Source: Bugula neritina
Lineage: Eukaryota; Animalia; Bryozoa
Assembly (NCBI GenBank): GCA_964035545.1
Contig: CAXIUT010000230.1
Location: 930,001 to 994,000 of the forward strand
Length of the DNA: 64,000 bases
Direction: 5' to 3'
The position numbers and the translations under genes are program-made. Position 1 is the first letter of the stretch. Each line of letters starts with the position of its first letter. Shown in pieces: positions 50,301 through 63,303 of the stretch. Below the pieces are notes generated by a model. It had not been told where the DNA came from and searched no databases. It saw nothing but the letters and a program-made list of their open reading frames with translations.

Positions 50301-53300
50301 AAATACACTGTGACACACTGAAATACACTGAAACATAATGCAACATACTGCAACATACTGAAATACACTGTAACATATCGAAATACACTGCAACATACTG
50401 TAACATACTGCAACACACTGAAATACACCGTAACATATCGAAATACGCTGCAACATACTGCAACATACTGAAATACACTGTAACATATTGAATAACACTG
50501 CATCATACTGAAAAACACTGGAACATATTGATATACACTGCAACTCATTGAAATATACTGCAACACACTGCAACATACGGCAGCATACCAAAATATACTG
50601 CGACACCTTGAAAAATACTGCAACATACTGAAATATACTGCAAGTGGTGCAACATACTGAAATACACTTTGACATACTGAAATACACTGCAACATACTGC
50701 AAGATACTGCAACGTACGGTAAGAGAGTGTAACTTATTGAATTACACTGCATCATACTGCAACATACTGAAATACACCTTAACATATCGAAATACACTGC
50801 AACATACTGCAACATACTGAAATGCACCGGAACATAATGCAATACCCTGCAACACATTGAAATATACTGCAACAGACTGAAACATAAGGTAACACAATGA
50901 AGTATACTGCGACACATTAAAATATACTGCAACATACTAAAATATACTGCAACATACTGAAATGTAATGTAATATACAGAAATGTACTGTAACATACTGA
51001 AATATACTGTAACAGACTGAAATATACTCTAACATACCGAAATACACTGTAACATACTGAAATATACTGCAACATACTGCAACATACTGAATTACACTTG
51101 AACATAATGAAATACACTGCAACACATTGAAATATACTGCAACATATCGAAATGAATGGTAAACTAGTGTAATATACTGTAACATAATGAAACATACCGG
51201 AACATACTGCAACGTAATAAAGAATAGTGTAAAACACTGAAATATGCGGCAACATACCGAAATATACTGCAACACGTTGAAAAATATTGCAACATACTGA
51301 AATATACTGCAACCTACTGCAACATACTGAAATACACCGGAACATATTGAACTACACTGCAACACTCTGAAATATACTGCAACACACTGAAACATACGGC
51401 AACATACCGAAATAAACTGCGACACGTTGAAAATTACTGCAACATACTGAAATATACTGCGACGCCTTAAAATATACTGCAACATACCGAAATAGACTGC
51501 AAGTGGTGCAACATATTGAAATACACTGTGACTCACTGAAATACACTGCAACATACTGCAACATACTGCAACATACTGAAATATTGTGCGACACATTAAA
51601 ACATACTGCAACATATTGAAATATACTGCAACATACTGCAACATACTAAAATACACTGCAACTTATTAAAATCTACTGCAACATACTGAAACATACTGCA
51701 ACATACTGAAATACACTGTGACACACTGAAATACACTGCAACATACAGCAACATACTGCAACATACTGAATTACACTGGAACATATTGATATACACTGCA
51801 ACACATTGAAATATACTGCAACACACTGAACCATATGGCAACATACGGAAATTTACTGCGACACACTGAAAATTACTGCAACATACGAATTATACTTCAA
51901 GTGGTGCAACATACTGAAATACAATGTGACACACTGAAATACACTGCAACATACTGCAACATACTGCAACATACTGAATTACACTGGAACATATTGATAT
52001 ACACTGCAACACATTGAAATATACTGCAACAGACTGAACCATATGGCAACATACCAAAATTTACTGCGACACACTGAAAAATACTGCAACATACGAATTA
52101 TACTTCAAGTGGTGCAACATAATGAAATACAATGTGACACACTGAAATACACTGCAACATACTGCAACATACTGCAACATACTGAAATATTGTGCGACAC
52201 ATTGAAATATACTGCAACGTATTGAAATATACTGTAACATACTGCAACATACTAAAATACACTGCAACATACTGAATTACATTGCAACACATTAAAATAT
52301 ATTGCGACATACTGAAACATACTGCAACATGCTGAAATATACTGCAACATACTGAAATACACTATCACATATTGAAATATAGTGCAACATACTGAATTAC
52401 ACTCTAACATACTGAAATATGCTGTAGCATACTGAAATACACTGCAACACACTGAAGTATACTGTAATACACTGAAATGTAATGCAACATACTGAATTAT
52501 ACTGCAACATAGTGCAACATACTGAAATACACTGTGACACACTGAAATACACTGAAACATAATGCAACATACTGCAACATACTGAAATACACTGTAACAT
52601 ATCGAAATACACTGCAACATACTGCAACATACTGAAATACACCGTAACATATCGAAATACACTGCAACATACTGCAACATACTGAAATGCACCGGAACAT
52701 AATGGTATACCCTGCAACACATTGAAATATACTGCAACAGACTGAAACATAAGGTAACACAATGAAGTATACTGCGACACATTAAAATATACTGCAACAT
52801 ACTGAAATATACTGCAACATACTGAAATGTAATGTAATATACAGAAATGTACTGTAACATACTGAAATATACGGTAACAGACTGGAATATACTCTAACAT
52901 ACCGAAATACACTGTAACATACTGAAATATACTGCAACATACTGCAACATACTGAATTACACTTGAACGTAATGAAATACACTGCAACACATTGAAATGA
53001 ATGGTAAACTAGTGTAATATACTGTAACATAATGAAACATACCGGAACATACTGCAACGTAATAAAGTATAGTGTAAAACACTGAAATATGCGGCAACAT
53101 ACCGAAATATACTGCAACACGTTGAAAAATATTGCAACATACTGAAATATACTGCAACCTACTGCAACATACTGAAATACACCGGAACATATTGAACTAC
53201 ACTGCAACACTCTGAAATATACTGCAACACACTGAAACATACGGCAACATACCGAAATAAACTGCGACACGTTGAAAATTACTGCAACATACTGAAATAT

Positions 53301-56200
53301 ACTGCAAGTGGTGCAACATACTGAAATACACTGTGACTCACTGAAATACACTGCAACATACTGCAACATACTGCAACATACTGCAACATACTGAAATACA
53401 CTGTGACTCACTGAAATACACTGCAACATACTGCAACATACTGCAACATACTGAAATATTGTGCGACACATTAAAACATACTGCAACATATTGAAATATA
53501 CTGTAACATACTGCAACATACTAAAATACACTGCAACACATTAAAGTCTACTGCAACATACTGAAACATACTGCAACATACTGAAATACACTGTGACACA
53601 CTGAAATACACTGCAACATACAGCAACATACTGCAACATACTGAATTACACTGGAACATATTGATATACACTGCAACACATTGAAATATACTGCAACACA
53701 CTGAACCATATGGCAACATACCGAAATTTACTGCGACACACTGAAAAATACTGCAACATACGAATTATACTTCAAGTGGTGCAACATACTGAAATACAAT
53801 GTGACACACTGAAATACACTGCAACATACTGCAACATACTGCAACATACTGAAATATTGTGCGACACATTGAAATATACTGCAACATATTGAAATATACT
53901 GTAACATGCTGCAACATACTAAAATACACTGCAACATACTGAAATACATTGCAACACATTAAAATATACTGCGACATACTGAAACATACCGCAACATGCT
54001 GAAATATACTGCAACATACTGAAATACACTATAACATATTGAAATATACTGCAACATACTGAATTACACTCTAACATACTGAAATATGCTGTAGCATACT
54101 GAAATACACTGCAACACACTGAAGTATACTGTAATACACTGAAATGTAATGCAACATACTGAATTATACTGCATCATAGTGCAACATACTGAAATACACT
54201 ACAACATACTGCAACATACTGAAATACACTGGAACGTGTTGAAATACACTGCGAAACATTGAAACATACTGCAACATACTGAAATATACTGCAAGATACT
54301 GCAACATACTGAAACAGACTGTGACATACTGAAATGCACTGCAACATACTGCAAGATACCGCAACCTACTGAAGTACACTGTAACATATTGAAATACACT
54401 GCATCATACTGCAACATACTGAATTACACTGGAACATATTGATATACACTGCAACACATTGAAATATAATGCAACACACTGAAACATACGGCAATATACC
54501 GAAATATACTGCGACGCCTTGAAAAATACTGCAACATACGAAATAAACTGCAAGTGGTGCAACATACTGAAATACAATGTGACACACTGGAATACACTGC
54601 AACATACTGTAACATACTGCAACATACTAAAATACACTGCAACACAATAAAATATACTGCAACATACTGAAACATACTGCAACATACTGAAATACACTGT
54701 GACACATTGAAATACACTGCAACATACTGCAACATACTGCAACATACTGAAATACATTGCAACACATTAAAATATACTGCAACATACTGAAACATACTGC
54801 AACATACTGAAGCACACTGTGACACACTGAAATACACTGCAACATACTGCAACATACTGCAACATACTGAATTACACTGGAACATATTGATATACACTGC
54901 AAAACATTGAAATATACTGCAACAGACTGAACCATATGGCAACATACCAAAATTTACTGCGACACACTGAAAAATACTGCAACATACGAATTATACTTCA
55001 AGTGGTGCAACATACTGAAATACAATGTGACACACTGAAATACACTGCAACATACTGCAACATACTGCAACATACTGCAACATACTGAAATATTGTGCGA
55101 CACATTGAAATATACTGCAACGTATTGAAATATACTGTAACATACTGCAACATACTAAAATACACTGCAACATACTGAATTACATTGCAACACATTAAAA
55201 TATATTGCGACATACTGAAACATACTGCAACATGCTGAAATATACTGCAACATACTGAAATACACTATCACATATTGAAATATACTGCAACATACTGAAT
55301 TACACTCTAACATACTGAAATATGCTGTAGTATACTGAAATACACTGCAACACACTGAAGTATACTGTAATACACTGAAATGTAATGCAACATACTGAAT
55401 TGTACTGCAACATAGTGCAACATACTGAAATACACTGTGACACACTGAAATACACTGAAGCATAATGCAACATACTGCAACATACTGAAATACACTGTAA
55501 CATATCGAAATACACTGCAACATACTGCAACATACTGAAATACACCGTAACATATCGAAATACACTGCAACATACTGCAACATACTGAAATGCACCGGAA
55601 CATAATGGAATACCCTACAACACATTGAAATATACTGCAACAGACTGAAACATAAGGTAACACAATGAAGTATACTGCGACACATTAAAATATACTGCAA
55701 CATACTGAAATATACTGCAACATACTGAAATGTAATGTAATATACAGAAATGTACTGTAACATACTGAAATATACGGTAACAGACTGAAATATACTCTAA
55801 CATACCGAAATACACTGTAACATACTGAAATATACTGCAACATACTGCAACATACTGAATTACACTTGAACGTAATGAAATACACTGCAACACATTGAAA
55901 TGAATGGTAAACTAGTGTAATATACTGTAACATAATGAAACATACCGGAACATACTGCAACGTAATAAAGTATAGTGTAAAACACTGAAATATGCGGCAA
56001 CATACCGAAATATACTGCAACACGTTGAAAAATATTGCAACATACTGAAATATACTGCAACCTACTGCAACATACTGAAATACACCGGAACATATTGAAC
56101 TACACTGCAACACTCTGAAATATACTGCAACACACTGAAACATACGGCAACATACCGAAATAAACTGCGACACGTTGAAAATTACTGCAACATACTGAAA
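44350..56200 (+). repeat. Duplication with 7889-bp offset: ~44350-48320 recurs at ~52240-56200
   Basis: ORF offsets 44363/52252, 45582/53471, 46310/54199 and 47266/55155 = 7889. Shared rare variants include 'aatggtatacc' and 'gactggaata'. ACTAGT at 45119/53008 and 48022/55911. Confidence 0.85.
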
Positions 56201-59200
56201 TATACTGCAAGTGGTGCAACATACTGAAATACACTGTGACTCACTGAAATACACTGCAACATACTGCAACATACTGCAACATACTGCAACATACTGAAAT
56301 ACACTGTGACTCACTGAAATACACTGCAACATACTGCAACATACTGCAACATACTGAAATATTGTGCGACACATTAAAACATACTGCAACATATTGAAAT
56401 ATACTGTAACATACTGCAACATACTAAAATACACTGCAACACATTAAAGTCTACTGCAACATACTGAAACATACTGCAACATACTGAAATACACTGTGAC
56501 ACACTGAAATACACTGCAACATACAGCAACATACTGCAACATACTGAATTACACTGGAACATATTGATATACACTGCAACACATTGAAATATACTGCAAC
56601 ACACTGAACCATATGGCAACATACCGAAATTTACTGCGACACACTGAAAAATACTGCAACATACGAATTATACTTCAAGTGGTGCAACATACTGAAATAC
56701 AATGTGACACACTGAAATACACTGCAACATACTGCAACATACTGCAACATACTGAAATATCGTGCGACACATTGAAATATACTGCAACATATTGAAATAT
56801 ACTGTAACATGCTGCAACATACTAAAATACACTGCAACATACTGAAATACATTGCAACACATTAAAATATACTGCGACATACTGAAACATACCGCAACAT
56901 GCTGAAATATACTGCAACATACTGAAATACACTATAACATATTGAAATATACTGCAACATACTGAATTACACTCTAACATACTGAAATATGCTGTAGCAT
57001 ACTGAAATACACTGCAACACACTGAAGTATACTGTAATACACTGAAATGTAATGCAACATACTGAATTATACTGCATCATAGTGCAACATACTGAAATAC
57101 ACTACAACATACTGCAACATACTGAAATACACTGGAACGTGTTGAAATACACTGCGAAACATTGAAACATACTGCAACATACTGAAATATACTGCAAGAT
57201 ACTGCAACATACTGAAACAGACTGTGACATACTGAAATGCACTGCAACATACTGCAAGTTACCGCAACCTACTGAAGTACACTGTAACATATTGAAATAC
57301 ACTGCATCATACTGCAACATACTGAATTACACTGGAACATATTGATATACACTGCGACACATTGAAATATAATGCAACACACTGAAACATACGGCAATAT
57401 ACCGAAATATACTGCGACGCCTTGAAAAATACTGCAACATACGAAATAAACTGCAAGTGGTGCAACATACTGAAATACAATGTGACACACTGGAATACAC
57501 TGCAACATACTGTAACATACTGCAACATACTAAAATACACTGCAACACAATAAAATATACTGCAACATACTGAAACATACTGCAACATACTGAAATACAC
57601 TGTGACACATTGAAATACACTGCAACATACTGCAACATACTGCAACATACTGAAATACATTGCAACACATTAAAATATACTGCAACATACTGAAACATAC
57701 TGCAACATACTGAAGCACACTGTGACACACTGAAATACACTGCAACATACTGCAACATACTGCAACATACTGAATTACACTGGAACATATTGATATACAC
57801 TGCAAAACATTGAAATATACTGCAACAGACTGAACCATATGGCAACATACCAAAATTTACTGCGACACACTGAAAAATACTGCAACATACGAATTATACT
57901 TCAAGTGGTGCAACATACTGAAATACAATGTGACACACTGAAATACACTGCAACATACTGCAACATACTGCAACATACTGCAACATACTGAAATATTGTG
58001 CGACACATTGAAATATACTGCAACGTATTGAAATATACTGTAACATACTGCAACATACTAAAATACACTGCAACATACTGAATTACATTGCAACACATTA
58101 AAATATATTGCGACATACTGAAACATACTGCAACATGCTGAAATATACTGCAACATACTGAAATACACTATCACATATTGAAATATACTGCAACATACTG
58201 AATTACACTCTAACATACTGAAATATGCTGTAGTATACTGAAATACACTGCAACACACTGAAGTATACTGTAATACACTGAAATGTAATGCAACATACTG
58301 AATTGTACTGCAACATAGTGCAACATACTGAAATACACTGTGACACACTGAAATACACTGAAGCATAATGCAACATACTGCAACATACTGAAATACACTG
58401 TAACATATCGAAATACACTGCAACATACTGCAACATACTGAAATACACCGTAACATATCGAAATACACTGCAACATACTGCAACATACTGAAATGCACCG
58501 GAACATAATGGAATACCCTACAACACATTGAAATATACTGCAACAGACTGAAACATAAGGTAACACAATGAAGTATACTGCGACACATTAAAATATACTG
58601 CAACATACTGAAATATACTGCAACATACTGAAATGTAATGTAATATACAGAAATGTACTGTAACATACTGAAATATACGGTAACAGACTGAAATATACTC
58701 TAACATACCGAAATACACTGTAACATACTGAAATATACTGCAACATACTGCAACATACTGAATTACACTTGAACGTAATGAAATACACTGCAACACATTG
58801 AAATGAATGGTAAACTAGTGTAATATACTGTAACATAATGAAACATACCGGAACATACTGCAACGTAATAAAGTATAGTGTAAAACACTGAAATATGCGG
58901 CAACATACCGAAATATACTGCAACACGTTGAAAAATATTGCAACATACTGAAATATACTGCAACCTACTGCAACATACTGAAATACACCGGAACATATTG
59001 AACTACACTGCAACACTCTGAAATATACTGCAACACACTGAAACATACGGCAACATACCGAAATAAACTGCGACACGTTGAAAATTACTGCAACATACTG
59101 AAATATACTGCAAGTGGTGCAACATACTGAAATACACTGTGACTCACTGAAATACACTGCAACATACTGCAACATACTGCAACATACTGAAATACACTGT

Positions 59201-62200
59201 GACTCACTGAAATACACTGCAACATACTGCAACATACTGCAACATACTGAAATATTGTGCGACACATTAAAACATACTGCAACATATTGAAATATACTGT
59301 AACATACTGCAACATACTAAAATACACTGCAACACATTAAAGTCTACTGCAACACACTGAAACATACTGCAACATACTGAAATACACTGTGACACACTGA
59401 AATACACTGCAACATACAGCAACATACTGCAACATACTGAATTACACTGGAACATATTGATATACACTGCAACACATTGAAATATACTGCAACACACTGA
59501 ACCATATGGCAACATACCGAAATTTACTGCGACACACTGAAAAATACTGCAACATACGAATTATACTTCAAGTGGTGCAACATACTGAAATACAATGTGA
59601 CACACTGAAATACACTGCAACATACTGCAACATACTGCAACATACTGAAATATTGTGCGACACATTGAAATATACTGCAACATATTGAAATATACTGTAA
59701 CATGCTGCAACATACTAAAATACACTGCAACATACTGAAATACATTGCAACACATTAAAATATACTGCGACATACTGAAACATACCGCAACATGCTGAAA
59801 TATACTGCAACATACTGAAATACACTATAACATATTGAAATATACTGCAACATACTGAATTACACTCTAACATACTGAAATATGCTGTAGCATACTGAAA
59901 TACACTGCAACACACTGAAGTATACTGTAATACACTGAAATGTAATGCAACATACTGAATTATACTGCATCATAGTGCAACATACTGAAATACACTACAA
60001 CATACTGCAACATACTGAAATACACTGGAACGTGTTGAAATACACTGCGAAACATTGAAACATACTGCAACATACTGAAATATACTGCAAGATACTGCAA
60101 CATACTGAAACAGACTGTGACATACTGAAATGCACTGCAACATACTGCAAGTTACCGCAACCTACTGAAGTACACTGTAACATATTGAAATACACTGCAT
60201 CATACTGCAACATACTGAATTACACTGGAACATATTGATATATACTGCGACACATTGAAATATAATGCAACACACTGAAACATACGGCAATATACCGAAA
60301 TATACTGCGACGCCTTGAAAAATACTGCAACATACGAAATAAACTGCAAGTGGTGCAACATACTGAAATACAATGTGACACACTGGAATACACTGCAACA
60401 TACTGTAACATACTGCAACATACTAAAATACACTGCAACACAATAAAATATACTGCAACATACTGAAACATACTGCAACATACTGAAATACACTGTGACA
60501 CATTGAAATACACTGCAACATACTGCAACATACTGCAACATACTGAAATACATTGCAACACATTAAAATATACTGCAACATACTGAAACATACTGCAACA
60601 TACTGAAGCACACTGTGACACACTGAAATACACTGCAACATACTGCAACATACTGCAACATACTGAATTACACTGGAACATATTGATATACACTGCAAAA
60701 CATTGAAATATACTGCAACAGACTGAACCATATGGCAACATACCAAAATTTACTGCGACACACTGAAAAATACTGCAACATACGAATTATACTTCAAGTG
60801 GTGCAACATACTGAAATACAATGTGACACACTGAAATACACTGCAACATACTGCAACATACTGCAACATACTGAAATACACTGTAACATATTGAATTACA
60901 CTGCATCATACTGCAACATACTGAAAAACACTGGAACATATTGATATACACTGCAACTCATTGAAATATACTGCAACACACTGCAACATACGGCATCATA
61001 CCGAAATATACTGCGACACCTTGAAAAATACTGCAACATACTGAAATATACTGCAAGTGGTGCAACATACTGAAATACACTGTGACACACTGAAATACAC
61101 TGCAACATACTGCAACATACTGCAACATACTAAATTACACTGGAACATTTTGATATACACTGCAACACATTGAAATATACTGCAACACACTGAACCATAT
61201 GGCAACATACCGAAATTTACTGCGACACACTGAAAAATACTGCAACATACGAACTATACTTCAAGTGGTGCAACATACTGAAATACAATGTGACACACTG
61301 AAATACACTGCAACATACTGCAACATACTGAAATATTGTGCGACACATTGAAATATACTGCAACGTATTGAAATATACTGTAACATACTGCAACATACTA
61401 AAATACACTGCAACATACTGAAATACATTGCAACACATTAAAATATACTGCGACATACTGAAACATACTGCAAGATGCTGAAATATACTGCAACATACTG
61501 AAATACACTATCACATATTGAAATATACTGCAACATACTGAATTACACTCTAACATACTGAAATATGCTGTAGCATACTGAAATACACTGCAACACACTG
61601 AAGTATACTGTAATACACTGAAATGTAATGCAACATACTGAATTATACTGCAACATAGTGCAACATACTGAAATACACTGTGACACACTGAAATACACTG
61701 AAACATAATGCAACATACTGCAACATACTGAAATACACTGTAACATATCGAAATACACTGCAACATACTGTAACATACTGCAACACACTGAAATACACCG
61801 TAACATATCGAAATACACTGCAACATACTGCAACATACTGAAATACACTGTAACATATTGAATAACACTGCATCATACTGCAACATACTGAAAAACACTG
61901 GAACATATTGATATACACTGCAACTCATTGAAATATACTGCAACACACTGCAACATACGGCAGCATACCAAAATATACTGCGACACCTTGAAAAATACTG
62001 CAACATACTGAAATATAGTGCAAGTGGTGCAACATACTGAAATACACTTTGACATACTGAAATACACTGCAACATACTGCAAGATACTGCAACGTACGGA
62101 AAGACAGTGTAACTTATTGAATTACACTGCATCATACTGCAACATACTGAAATACACCTTAACATATCGAAATACACTGCAACATACTGCAACATACTGA

Positions 62201-63303
62201 AATGCACCGGAACATAATGCAATACCCTGCAACACATTGAAATATACTGCAACAGACTGAAACATAAGGTAACACAATGAAGTATACTGCGACACATTAA
62301 AATATACTGCAACATACTAAAATATACTGCAACATACTGAAATGTAATGTAATATACAGAAATGTACTGTAACATACTGAAATATACTGTAACAGACTGA
62401 AATATACTCTAACATACCGAAATACACTGTAACATACTGAAATATACTGCAACATACTGCAACATACTGAATTACACTTGAACATAATGAAATACACTGC
62501 AACACATTGAAATATACTGCAACATATCGAAATGAATGGTAAACTAGTGTAATATACTGTAACATAATGAAACATACCGGAACATACTGCAACGTAATAA
62601 AGTATAGTGTAAAACACTGAAATATGCGGCAACATACCGAAATATACTGCAACACGTTGAAAAATATTGCAACATACTGAAATATACTGCAACCTACTGC
62701 AACATACTGAAATACACCGGAACATATTGAACTACACTGCAACACTCTGAAATATACTGCAACACACTGAAACATACGGCAACATACCGAAATAAACTGC
62801 GACACGTTGAAAATTACTGCAACATACTGAAATATACTGCGACGCCTTAAAATATACTGCAACATACCGAAATAGACTGCAAGTGGTGCAACATACTGAA
62901 ATACACTGTGACTCACTGAAATACACTGCAACATACTGCAACATACTGCAACATACTGAAATATTGTGCGACACATTAAAACTTACTGCAACATATTGAA
63001 ATATACTGCAACATACTGCAACATACTAAAATACACTGCAACACATTAAAATCTACTGCAACATACTGAAACATACTGCAACATACTGAAATACACTGTG
63101 ACACACTGAAATACACTGCAACATACAGCAACATACTGCAACATACTGAATTACACTGGAACATATTGATATACACTGCAACACATTGAAATATACTGCA
63201 ACACACTGAACCATATGGCAACATACGGAAATTTACTGCGACACACTGAAAATTACTGCAACATACGAATTATACTTCAAGTGGTGCAACATACTGAAAT
63301 ACA
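49440..63303 (+). repeat. Non-adjacent duplicate block: ~49440-51923 recurs at ~60810-63303 (offset 11370/11380)
   Basis: ORF offsets 49526/60896 and 50028/61398 = 11370; 50917/62297 and 51596/62976 = 11380. The variants 'cactttgac', 'caccttaac', 'gaataacact' and 'caagatgctg' were seen only in these two blocks. Confidence 0.88.
52050..60860 (+). repeat. Tandem HOR of 2903 bp (2893 after loss of one monomer), about 3 copies; related copies at ~44.4-49.3 kb
   Basis: ORF starts 52252/55155/58058, 53471/56374/59267 and 54424/57327/60220. ACTAGT at 53008/55911/58814, also 45119/48022. 2903 = 291 monomers with seven 9-bp units, which I counted. Confidence 0.92.
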
